Below are positions 38,139 through 46,412 of a DNA stretch of 46,412 nucleotides, in pieces. The notes below the pieces were generated by a model. The model was given only the letters and a program-made list of their open reading frames with translations. It searched no databases and was not told the DNA's origin. Origin of the DNA: an uncultured Mailhella sp. (GTDB taxonomy: Bacteria; Desulfobacterota; Desulfovibrionia; Desulfovibrionales; Desulfovibrionaceae); the NCBI GenBank assembly GCA_910579055.1, contig CAJTSU010000008.1, positions 1 to 46,412 of the forward strand. The letters are read 5' to 3'. Within the stretch, counting starts at the first letter, position 1, and each line of letters begins with the position of its first letter. The translations under genes and the position numbers were made by a program.

Positions 38139-39424
38139 GCCAGAACCTTATCAATGCGTGGAAAAAGCTGCTGCATAAGCCCTTTTTTATGCTCTTTGAG
38201 CAGATCAATTTTTTTTGTCTGGGAGGTGATAAGCTCGTCAAGAGATGATAGACAGTCGGCGATGCGTTGCTGTTCATCAAAACTAAGAGGTAGTTTTATA
38301 AGACACTGAAGTACACTATCTTTTTTAAGATGTGTTTGGTTTTTGCCATCATCAAAAATCAATAAATTTGGATGACGATTCAATAAAAAACAAAGAAATT
38401 TCCCATTAGCACTATGAGGGGTAAGGCAACACACTCGTTGATTCACAGCATACAGATCGTCAGCATTTACATAATAAGTTTTTGCCAACGCCCTACCGTT
38501 TGGGAGGTCGCTCAAAACCATTAGAATATCACCACGTTTGGCAATACAGATTGGCACATTAGAATATTTTTTTATAGTCCCATCAGTAGAGATAAAACGA
38601 GAATTTACTACAATATATCTTCCATTTTCGACAATATGCGGTTCGTATGCTTTTCCGTTCTCGTAGTTGGCAACTGATACCAGAGGTCTTTCTTTCCATT
38701 CTCCAGTATTCCGAAACTTGAAGAAGCGCAAACGCGGCAACGCTTCACCCTCTGCCGGGAAAAGTTGTTTGAGCAGCCCTTTTTTATGGTCTTTGAGCGC
38801 GTCGAGCTTATTGGTTTCGGCGGCAATGCGTTCATCAAGAGATGATAGGCAGTCGGCAATGCGTTGTTGTTCACCCAAGGATGAAACGCCTTTGGGGTAA
38901 GGAATTGGTAATGATAGTAGATCATCATCATCAATACTTAAGGAACCATGAGCTCGTGCCCCAACAGTTATATACCTTTGTAGCCATTTCCCATGAAAAT
39001 TTCCTAAAAATAGGTAATTTAGATATGCAGGAACAATACTTTCTGGTTGAATTTTGAAGCAAGTAAATATACTATTAGGTACTGCGGCAATTTCAGACCC
39101 TGTATAAAGAGCAATGAAACCTTGAGGATAGCCTTTTGTTGCGCTTTTATTATATGCAAAATCATTATTGCGTATGATAATATAATTTTTATATTGATCT
39201 CCAGCAATTTCTTTTCCAAATTTATCAATTTGTGGAATAAGGCCGACTCCTGTCATAATACTCATTAAAGTACACTTTTTATTCCCCACTTTTTCTTTGA
39301 TAATAGAAGCGATTGCACCAAGCGCTTGGCTGTGCCACTCATCCCGAAACTCAGGAAAGCGCAGGCGCGGAGCCTGGGGACATTTCTTGTCATGCCTTTT
39401 GGTCATTATTTCAGCCTTGTTCAT
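38135..39424 (-). CDS. hsdS: Type I R-M specificity subunit (two TRDs)
   Basis: Duplicated conserved regions PRLRF and EQQRIADCLSSLDE.I...LK.HKKGL..QLFP flank two AT-rich variable domains. Confidence 0.95.
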   Translation of the reverse strand: MNKAEIMTKRHDKKCPQAPRLRFPEFRDEWHSQALGAIASIIKEKVGNKKCTLMSIMTGVGLIPQIDKFGKEIAGDQYKNYIIIRNNDFAYNKSATKGYPQGFIALYTGSEIAAVPNSIFTCFKIQPESIVPAYLNYLFLGNFHGKWLQRYITVGARAHGSLSIDDDDLLSLPIPYPKGVSSLGEQQRIADCLSSLDERIAAETNKLDALKDHKKGLLKQLFPAEGEALPRLRFFKFRNTGEWKERPLVSVANYENGKAYEPHIVENGRYIVVNSRFISTDGTIKKYSNVPICIAKRGDILMVLSDLPNGRALAKTYYVNADDLYAVNQRVCCLTPHSANGKFLCFLLNRHPNLLIFDDGKNQTHLKKDSVLQCLIKLPLSFDEQQRIADCLSSLDELITSQTKKIDLLKEHKKGLMQQLFPRIDKVLA

Positions 39425-39912
39425 ACGGACCCAAGTACGAAACGCGCTCTTTCAACGCGCAACATCTGGTAGGGGGTCATAAAGCGCAGGTCGAGCCCGG
39501 CGCAGACGTTGGGGATTTTAATTTTTTTGGTTGAGCTGGCGGCCACCTCGTGGGTCACAACCACAAGGTTGTCGGCCAGAGCATGGGCAATCAGGTAGTA
39601 GTCCGCCACCTGCAAAAAGGTGTTGATGGCTGTTTGCTCGTAGTTCTGCCCCATAACCCAGGTGCTGACTGTGGCAAAATGGGGCACGACGTGCGCGTCG
39701 GTTTTGCGGAACAGGTCCGGGTTTTGCTGGCGCATCCAGATGGTCAGTTCATCTGATCCGGCTTCCAGCTCATCCGCCACCTTGTCGATGCTGCACACCG
39801 TGCCTGCCGCATTTTTTTCTGTCAGCCATTCCCAGAAGGCCGGGCAAAAATCCAGACCGTAGTGCAGATTTTTTGCCTGAATGAAAACGTTGGCATCCAG
39901 TAGGTAGGTCAT
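39421..39912 (-). CDS. DUF4411-family PIN-like protein (putative RosmerTA-type toxin)
   Basis: Motifs YLLDANVFIQA..YGLDFCPAFWEWL, ADYYLIAHA, VVVTHE and KIKIPNVC. Confidence 0.85.
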   Translation of the reverse strand: MTYLLDANVFIQAKNLHYGLDFCPAFWEWLTEKNAAGTVCSIDKVADELEAGSDELTIWMRQQNPDLFRKTDAHVVPHFATVSTWVMGQNYEQTAINTFLQVADYYLIAHALADNLVVVTHEVAASSTKKIKIPNVCAGLDLRFMTPYQMLRVERARFVLGSV

Positions 39913-41060
39913 GGTGCTACCCCCAGCGCACGCGCCGCGCTGAAAAGTGTATCGCTCTTTTTTACTCCCAGCAGACGGAAAGCGTCGCGGAACAGAGTCT
40001 GCCCCTCCAATGTGCTGGCCAACAAGGCCCGCGTAAAGCGCTTGCTGGCGCGTGCGCCCAGAGAGCGATAAAAGTCACCACCGCCGGAGCGCTGACCGCG
40101 TGCCTGGGCATGTGCCAGTTCAGTGCGATAAAGTTGCCAAAGCTGGTCTTTGTCAATGAACCCAGCGTCAAACAGGCGGCGCAGGGCCACCAGCGTGCTG
40201 ACTTTGAACAGACGCGCCAGCCGGGTCATTTCATCCGTCAGTGGCAGATCGGGCCTGTAGGCTTCACGTGTCGCCTGAAGGGGCATTAGAAGTTCAGCGG
40301 CAACGGCATTGCACCAGCGCTCTGTGCGTTGCTCGGGCAGGCGGCCTGCTTCGGTATTGGAAATACCACTTTTCCCCAGCCACAGATGGGCGAGTTCGTG
40401 TGCCAGCGTAAACATTTGTGCCGCCTTGCTGTCCGCGCCATTGATAAAGATCAGGGGGGCCAGCTCGTCGGCCAGCGCAAAGCCGCGAAATTCTTCCACG
40501 CGCAGCGTCCGGTGGGTATTGCTTCCCACAATGCCGCTCGCCATAACCAGCACGCCTGCGTCTTCGACCTTCGCGACAAGTTGGCGCAAGGCATCTTCCC
40601 AGCTAGGCAGTTGCTGGCGCTCCGCCAAGATAAGCCCCAGGATGTGGCGCATGGATTCTGCCACAGCCACAGGCTCCCTTGCTATGGTGGCGCTGCCTAT
40701 GAAGTCCAACTGTGCAAAAGCGTTTATACGGGCATAGTCGCGATACCAATCCTGCCTTTGCTGACAGAGGTACAGCGCATCCAACAGGTCAGGGCTTGGG
40801 CGCAAGGAAGCATGCCCAGGCACGGTACGAAAATCGGCGATGGGCAATGTTTCTTGCACGGGGGCAGGTAAAAACAAATACCCAATGGGCACATGCACGG
40901 CATGGGCAAATTTTTCCAATTGCGCCAAGGTGGGTTGCGTTTCGCCCGCCTCCCATGCGGCAAGCTTGGGGAAGCGATCTTCCAGCATAAATGCTTCCAC
41001 ACCGGCGCGTTCTCGCGCCCAGGTCAGCAATGCCGGATTTATGGTAACAGCGTTACTCAT
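39909..41060 (-). CDS. XRE-HTH + ImmA/IrrE (peptidase M78) Zn-metallopeptidase (RmrA-like antitoxin)
   Basis: HTH LLTWARERAG...WEAGETQPTLAQLEKFA, FRGFAL, HExxH (FTLAHELAH) and ERWCNAVAAELL. Confidence 0.9.
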   Translation of the reverse strand: MSNAVTINPALLTWARERAGVEAFMLEDRFPKLAAWEAGETQPTLAQLEKFAHAVHVPIGYLFLPAPVQETLPIADFRTVPGHASLRPSPDLLDALYLCQQRQDWYRDYARINAFAQLDFIGSATIAREPVAVAESMRHILGLILAERQQLPSWEDALRQLVAKVEDAGVLVMASGIVGSNTHRTLRVEEFRGFALADELAPLIFINGADSKAAQMFTLAHELAHLWLGKSGISNTEAGRLPEQRTERWCNAVAAELLMPLQATREAYRPDLPLTDEMTRLARLFKVSTLVALRRLFDAGFIDKDQLWQLYRTELAHAQARGQRSGGGDFYRSLGARASKRFTRALLASTLEGQTLFRDAFRLLGVKKSDTLFSAARALGVAP

Positions 41061-44025
41061 AGGCTCCCAGCCCCGAAATGTCGCGCCCCTTGGCAAGCTT
41101 GTGCAGCAGGGGGATAAGGTCTTCCATCAGGGCCAGTTCTTTTTGTGTGCGGGCCTTCCAGCCCAGGCCCAGAGGTGCCAGCAGCTCGCCGAGTTGCTCA
41201 CCGTCAAAGATCATGCGCTGCATGACGCTGTCCACAAAAGCTTGCAGAGAGGCCGCTTCAAGACCGTGTTTTGCGGCGATTTCCGCCAGCTCGCGAGCAT
41301 TTTTTTCGACCTTGAACTGCTTGTATCCTTCACGGATGGCGGCCTCGCTCATCCCCTTGTCAGGGCTCAACGTCTTGATATAGGCGGCAATGTCGTCGCG
41401 CTCGTCCACAAATTTGGCGTCAGCCTGGATAAGGCCGATGAGTTCGTCGCGGGTCATGGACTGCTTGCCCGGAACCGCCTGGGTATATCCGGCAATGAGC
41501 TTCATAATATAATCATAATCGATCACTGCGGAGGAAAAGAGCACAAACTCAAATTCCAGTTGCTGGATCGCATCATCTGTAGGGTTGGTCTTGCCATCCT
41601 TTTTTTCCTGCTGGGCTTTCAGGCGCTGGGCAGTTTCCAGGTACACCCCCTGCAAGCCCTGCAACTGATCGGCAGGAATAATCTTTTCTATGGTTTCAGC
41701 GTTTTCCGGGGTGAGATCCGTATATTGGTCAAGCTGGGTTTTCAGGCGCTTGACCTCTTTGAACAGATTGATGAACTGGCAGCGGGCTTCGTCACCCTTC
41801 AGATTGTTCACGTCTTCCGGGGCGCATGTCAGACCCTGGGAGTGCATAAAGGCATCCAGCTGCGTGACTGCGCTTTCCAATTTGGCAATGACAGCAGGGG
41901 CAGGATCGACAAGCCAGATTTCTCTGGCGGTGTCGGATTTTTCGCCGGAAAACATGGCTATGGCCGCATCAACGGCCTTTTCCTGCTGGCGGAAGTCCAG
42001 AATCTTGCCATAGGGCTTGGTGTCGTTCAGTACGCGATTAGTGCGCGAAAATGCCTGAATCAAGCCATGATGTTTGAGATTTTTGTCCACATACAAGGTG
42101 TTGAGGAATTTGGAATCAAAACCGGTGAGCAGCATATCCACCACAATGGTGACGTCGATCTTTTGCGCGTGAGGCAAGTCCTCATTGGGATATTGCTGAT
42201 CCTTGATGCGCTTTTGTATGTCCTGATAGTACAGATCAAATTCATTGATGCTGTGATTTGTGTTGTAGCTGGCATTATAGTCGGCAATAATAGTTTTGAG
42301 AGCAGCCTTTTTTTCTTCGGGAGCTTCGGCATTATCGTGCTTTTCCTGTGGCAGGTCTTCCTGAATCTGCTGCACATCCTTGTTGCCTTCCGCAGGTGGG
42401 GAAAACACACAGGCGATGTTCAACGGCTCATAATGGCTGTCCGCCGCCGTGCGCTCTGCCTGAATCTCTTTGAAAAGTTGATAATACTCTATCGCGTGAA
42501 TGATGCCCGATGTGGCAAACAACGCATTGAACTTGCGCTGTGCGGTTGAAGCATTGTGTTTATCCAGTATAGCTTCCACAATAGCACGCTTGCGCATCGA
42601 CTCGTTGAGCTTGGAGGCGCCTTTGCCCTCTGGTTTGTAGTATTCAACAAGGAAACGCAGCACGTTGCGATCTTCAATGGCATGAGTGATAGTATAGGCG
42701 TGTAGCTCACGCTGAAAAATATCCGCTGTAGTTTTATAGTAACCTTGCTCCCCTGTGATTTGCGTATAGGAAGCGTTTTCTGCAAAAATAGGTGTTCCAG
42801 TGAAGCCGAACAATTGAGCATTTGGGAAAAAGTCTTTGATAGCTTTGTGGTTATCACCAAACTGAGAACGGTGACACTCGTCAAAAATGAACACCATGCG
42901 CTTGTTACGCAGCGGTTTCAGACGCTCCTTGTAGTTGCCGGGATTGCCGGCATCGAGGGCAAGCCCCAGTTTCTGAATGGTGGTGACGATGACCTTGTCG
43001 GCGTAATCATCGGAAAGCAGCCGCTGCACCAGCGCAGCCGTGTTGGTGTTAGCCTCGACACAGCCTTCCTGAAAGCGATTGAACTCTTCCCGCGTCTGAC
43101 GGTCAAGGTCTTTGCGGTCAACCACAAACAGACACTTTTCTATGTCCGGGTTGTCTTTGAGCAAGGTGGACGCCTTAAAGGAAGTCAGCGTTTTGCCGCT
43201 GCCTGTGGTGTGCCAGATATAGCCGTTGCCACAGTTTTGGTGAATGCAGTCCACAATGGCCTGGACGGCATATATCTGATAAGGGCGCATAACCATGAGC
43301 TTTTGTTCACTGGCCACCAGCACCATATAACGGCTGATCATCTCTGCCAGCGTGCATTTGGCCAGAAAATGGTCTGCAAAACGATCAAGTTGGGTAATTT
43401 TTTTGTTGTCGTCTCCGGCAAACTGATAGAGCGGCAAAAAGCGTTCATCCGCATCAAAACTGAAATGGCGGTTGTTATTGTTGGCAAAATACCATGTGTC
43501 GCTCATGTTGCTGACAATGAATAATTGCAAAAAACAGAGTAGTGTTTTGCCGTAGCCGTTGCCGGGATCATTTTTGTAGTCAACAATTTGCTGCATTGCC
43601 CGGCGCGGGCTGATAGCCAGTGTTTTCAACTCAATCTGCACTACAGGGACGCCATTGATGAGCAATATGACGTCATAGCGGTGGTGGCTGTAATCTGTGT
43701 TTATGCGGAGTTGGTTGATAACTTCAAAGGTGTTCTTGCACCAATCCTTGATATTGACCAGTGTGTAGAAGAGCGGTGTGCCGTCGTCGCGTTCAAAGCT
43801 GTTGCGTTCGCGCAAAAGCCGGGCGGCGCTGAACACGTCTGGGGTAACAATTTGTTCCAGCAGGCGTGAAAATTCGCCGTCTGTCAGGCGTACCCGGTTC
43901 AAAGCTTCAAATTTCTCCCGGAAGTTGGCCTCCAACGAAGCGCGATCGTGAATATCCTGTCGATAAATATATTTAAGATCAGTCAGGTGCTTTATCAGCT
44001 CTTGTTCGATTTGTTGCTCTGTCAT
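41053..44025 (-). CDS. hsdR: Type I R-M restriction subunit
   Basis: Nuclease motif DVILLINGVPVVQIELK, HTTGSGKT, VVDRKDLD, DECHRSQ, FTGTP, MLLTGFD and QAFSRTNR. Confidence 0.96.
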   Translation of the reverse strand: MTEQQIEQELIKHLTDLKYIYRQDIHDRASLEANFREKFEALNRVRLTDGEFSRLLEQIVTPDVFSAARLLRERNSFERDDGTPLFYTLVNIKDWCKNTFEVINQLRINTDYSHHRYDVILLINGVPVVQIELKTLAISPRRAMQQIVDYKNDPGNGYGKTLLCFLQLFIVSNMSDTWYFANNNNRHFSFDADERFLPLYQFAGDDNKKITQLDRFADHFLAKCTLAEMISRYMVLVASEQKLMVMRPYQIYAVQAIVDCIHQNCGNGYIWHTTGSGKTLTSFKASTLLKDNPDIEKCLFVVDRKDLDRQTREEFNRFQEGCVEANTNTAALVQRLLSDDYADKVIVTTIQKLGLALDAGNPGNYKERLKPLRNKRMVFIFDECHRSQFGDNHKAIKDFFPNAQLFGFTGTPIFAENASYTQITGEQGYYKTTADIFQRELHAYTITHAIEDRNVLRFLVEYYKPEGKGASKLNESMRKRAIVEAILDKHNASTAQRKFNALFATSGIIHAIEYYQLFKEIQAERTAADSHYEPLNIACVFSPPAEGNKDVQQIQEDLPQEKHDNAEAPEEKKAALKTIIADYNASYNTNHSINEFDLYYQDIQKRIKDQQYPNEDLPHAQKIDVTIVVDMLLTGFDSKFLNTLYVDKNLKHHGLIQAFSRTNRVLNDTKPYGKILDFRQQEKAVDAAIAMFSGEKSDTAREIWLVDPAPAVIAKLESAVTQLDAFMHSQGLTCAPEDVNNLKGDEARCQFINLFKEVKRLKTQLDQYTDLTPENAETIEKIIPADQLQGLQGVYLETAQRLKAQQEKKDGKTNPTDDAIQQLEFEFVLFSSAVIDYDYIMKLIAGYTQAVPGKQSMTRDELIGLIQADAKFVDERDDIAAYIKTLSPDKGMSEAAIREGYKQFKVEKNARELAEIAAKHGLEAASLQAFVDSVMQRMIFDGEQLGELLAPLGLGWKARTQKELALMEDLIPLLHKLAKGRDISGLGAYE

Positions 44026-44245
44026 GAGCTTGCTGCCCCAATTGGAAGATTAGACTGTATCGTGTAATCCGACTTTTCCGTTCACAAGGTGTCCGGTGGG
44101 GGGAGTACGGGTATTCACCAAGAATTGACGTGCCCGGATACTATACGAAAAAGCTTGTTCGCACAATGTGACCTCTTGGGCCGAACAGGGGCCAAAGGCT
44201 CTCACCTCCCCATGCCAGGACTACGGGAACGGGGTAGCACCATCT

Positions 44246-44599
44246 TCACAATTCATCATCCGGTATATCAGAAGTAATGAAGCTGGAGCGTTGTTCGCGT
44301 TTCGGAGGCGGTGGGGGTGTGTCTTGCTTCTTTACCTTTCGTCCTTCCCGCTGCCGTCTGGCTTCGGTCAGGTATTTGGTCAGGGTTTGGGCCTTCACCT
44401 CAATTCCTTTTTCATGCAGTTTTTCGACAATCTCCTGTGTGTCGAAGCCGCGCTTCTTCATGCGCTCCAGTGTTGGGGCAAGGATGAACACGGCTTCCTT
44501 CACGGACATGGTTCGATTACCGTCCAATGTGACGGAAGCGGGTTTGAGAGCGGCAAACTCCTGTCTGATTTCCTTCAACTGAGTCGCGGTAATGGTCAT
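44246..44599 (-). CDS. MobC/StbA-like small mobilisation accessory DNA-binding protein (putative)
   Basis: GGAGA RBS and helical segment SVKEAVFILAP...KRGFDTQEIVEKLHEKGIEVKAQTLTKYL. It lies next to the relaxase. Family assignment is from recalled resemblance only. Confidence 0.55.
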   Translation of the reverse strand: MTITATQLKEIRQEFAALKPASVTLDGNRTMSVKEAVFILAPTLERMKKRGFDTQEIVEKLHEKGIEVKAQTLTKYLTEARRQREGRKVKKQDTPPPPPKREQRSSFITSDIPDDEL

Positions 44600-44679
44600 G
44601 GCGTGTTCTCCTGTGTTTCGCCGGGGTATCTCCCCGGATTGGCGTTTTGTCTTTCCGGTCGAGCGGGACGGTCGCCCAC

Positions 44680-44728
44680 GCTTCACAAAGTGAAGCATAG
44701 TGGCTATATCTTCGGCCTGTGCGAAGAT
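44680..44728 (+). other. Candidate origin of transfer (oriT)
   Basis: Inverted repeat GCTTCAC-AAA-GTGAAGC, then ATAGTGGCTATATCTT, then a second IR ATCTTCG/CGAAGAT. It lies between the mobC-like gene and the relaxase. Confidence 0.45.
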
Positions 44729-44742
44729 TTCCCTCCGACGCC

Positions 44743-45930
44743 TTACCTCATTCTCATGCCACGGGCGGAGCGCGCCTGCCGGCGCTCCCTGTCCCGCGCT
44801 TCCTGCTCCTGCCGCTGCCGTTCCTCTTCCAGCTGACGTTGGAGCTGTTCGGTGCGCTTGCGCTCCACGAACTCGATATGGAGCGGCCGGATTTCCGGCA
44901 GACGCAGAAATTCCTGATAGCCTGCCATGATTCTCTTTATTTTCTTCAACTGATTCTCCAGCTCCTCTTTTTCCTCATGGCTTTGTTTTCTGTGGGCCGT
45001 GTATCCCGCTTCAAGCCGCGTCAGTTTTCCGCGAAGGGTATCCACTTCCCGTTGCAGGATTTCCTTCTCCGTCTGGACAAGGTGTTTGACGGCAAGCGCC
45101 TTTTTCAGTTCTTCAATGAGGGAAGAGGCTTTTTTCAGCACGGACGGATAATTGAGAAAAGAGGCTTTCGGTAGTTCGGTCTCCTCCCGAAGCACCTTTT
45201 CCGCTTCCTCAGCCTGCCGCTCATACTCTTCAATGCTCTTTCTCAACTCTTCCTCACGCTGTTCCAATGCGTTGATAAGCTGCCGTGAATTTCGGGAAGT
45301 CTCTTCGGATTCCTGAATCAATTTTTCCAAAGCTTCCTGTTGCTGCTTGAACTCGCGGGTATCCAGATGCCTTTTCGCGGAACCGGGTGTCTGTTCCACG
45401 CCGCGTTCAATGACGAAGCCCCGGCTTTGCAGATGGGCGGGAAGCCCGGCTTGCAGTTTCCGCAGACTCTGACGGGTATAGATTTTGTTGGCGTTGAGCC
45501 TCCCGTCCGGCGTCACCGGCACGTGAAGGAAGTGCATGTGCGGCGTCTTTTCATCCATGTGAACCATTGCGGAAATGACATTCTCCGCGCCCACAAACTC
45601 CGTGAGAAAGGCTTTGCTCTCCTCAAAGAAACGCCTTGTTTCCTCCGGCGTGAGACCATCAAAAAACGCCTTGTCCGAGGTGACGATAAGCCCGCACATG
45701 CGCACGGCGTCCTTTCTCACGGCCTTGACCAGCAGGAGATCGTCAATGCGGTTCTGAATGGCCTCGGCATAGTTCGATGAGGCGACTTCGTGCAGCTCGT
45801 AGTTCGCCGCGCTCCTGTCGTAGTCAATATCGGGGTTGCTGTGGCTCTCCCGTTCCCGCCGGTTGTGGCTCTGGATGCCGCGTATGGCTTCCTTTTTGAA
45901 TTTGTCCATGTGGAGTACGAGATAGGACAT
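44743..45930 (-). CDS. MOB_V (Pre/Mob) relaxase
   Basis: Motif I HNRRERESHSNPDID, RKDAV, motif III VHMDEKTPHMH and a coiled-coil C-terminus. Confidence 0.92.
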   Translation of the reverse strand: MSYLVLHMDKFKKEAIRGIQSHNRRERESHSNPDIDYDRSAANYELHEVASSNYAEAIQNRIDDLLLVKAVRKDAVRMCGLIVTSDKAFFDGLTPEETRRFFEESKAFLTEFVGAENVISAMVHMDEKTPHMHFLHVPVTPDGRLNANKIYTRQSLRKLQAGLPAHLQSRGFVIERGVEQTPGSAKRHLDTREFKQQQEALEKLIQESEETSRNSRQLINALEQREEELRKSIEEYERQAEEAEKVLREETELPKASFLNYPSVLKKASSLIEELKKALAVKHLVQTEKEILQREVDTLRGKLTRLEAGYTAHRKQSHEEKEELENQLKKIKRIMAGYQEFLRLPEIRPLHIEFVERKRTEQLQRQLEEERQRQEQEARDRERRQARSARGMRMR

Positions 45931-46066
45931 AGCTCCCGCTCCTGAAACTTTATGTTTTCGACTGTCCCAAGTGTCCCAAGCGTCCCATCCCTTTTCTTTT
46001 CAATAGGTTGTGTGTGGGGCACATGATAAATATCATAGGTAATCCCCCGGCTATGCCGGGGGACTA

Positions 46067-46412
46067 GTGGTCAGTCAAGGTTGAAAAGTCGAAGATACGA
46101 CATATCTTCTTCCATAGCATGGAGGAAACTATGCCTAAATTATATAAAGTAACCCTTACGCAAGAGGAACGTGCTGAACTTGAAAAAATTACTACAAGTG
46201 GATGTCATAGCACCCAGAAAGTTCTCAACGCGTTGATTCTATTGGGGGTGGATGAGGGAGAGTTCCAAACATCCAAAAAAACTACGACGCAGCTTTCCGA
46301 AAACTTGCCTATCAGCACAAGAAAAGTGGATCGGGTTAAACGACGGTTCGTTGAACATGGGCTTGATGTGGCTCTTAATAAACGTAAGGCGGATCGCCAG
46401 AGGTTCAGAAAA
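46067..46412 (+). mobile_element. IS630-family element, left end (runs off the window)
   Basis: Starts after the TA of a CTAG (TA|GTGGTCAGTCAAG) and is followed by a GGAGG RBS and the transposase. The left boundary is inferred. Confidence 0.65.
46131..46412 (+). CDS. IS630-family transposase N-terminal HTH region (partial, not in the ORF track)
   Basis: Translates as MPKLYKVTLTQEERAELEKITTSG...KVLNALILLGVDEG...ISTRKVDRVKRRFVEHGLDVALNKRK and stays open to the window end. Confidence 0.82.
   Translation, partial: MPKLYKVTLTQEERAELEKITTSGCHSTQKVLNALILLGVDEGEFQTSKKTTTQLSENLPISTRKVDRVKRRFVEHGLDVALNKRKADRQRFRK

Noticed and set aside
40840..42549. 569-aa plus-strand ORF, and similar long antisense ORFs (1316-2461, 7250-8404, 26672-27805, 34531-35415, 35467-36393)
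   Set aside because: They are antisense shadows of well-supported genes and show no recognisable motifs.
44026..44245. Structured ncRNA or riboswitch in the hsdR leader
   Set aside because: Only weak short stems are present and no family motif was recognised. An Rfam search would be needed.

Overview
The window looks like a chromosomal segment of a Desulfovibrionaceae-type (Deltaproteobacteria/Desulfobacterota) bacterium. This taxonomy is inferred from the gene complement and the dif sequence, not from a database search. Bases 545-30399 are core genome: hemA-ccsA-sirC, two glycosyltransferases, tilS, an NtrY-like kinase, a DegP-type protease, an OmpA-family lipoprotein, rsmG, plsC, a frameshifted rarA, rsmE, rimI, secG, tpiA, a YmdB-like phosphoesterase, dnaE, queD and a DUF3179 protein. 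Several intergenic spaces hold four families of short palindromic MITE-like repeats, some in composite or nested arrangements. A 28-bp XerCD dif site at 30520-30547 marks the probable replication terminus, and the accessory DNA starts right after it. That accessory region contains a decayed yefM with its paired TGTACA operator intact, an IS256 with no target duplication, and a tyrosine integrase. Next comes an attP-like site made of the 3' half of tRNA-fMet with arm-type repeat pairs on both sides, although no complete tRNA lies in the window. The main cargo is a seven-gene defence operon, hsdR - HTH/IrrE-type Zn-peptidase - DUF4411 PIN - hsdS - prrC - hsdM - mrr. It combines type I R-M, a RosmerTA-like pair, an anticodon nuclease and type IV restriction, and five of its six junctions are start/stop overlaps. 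A mobC-like gene, an oriT candidate, a MOB_V relaxase and the start of an IS630 transposase end the window.
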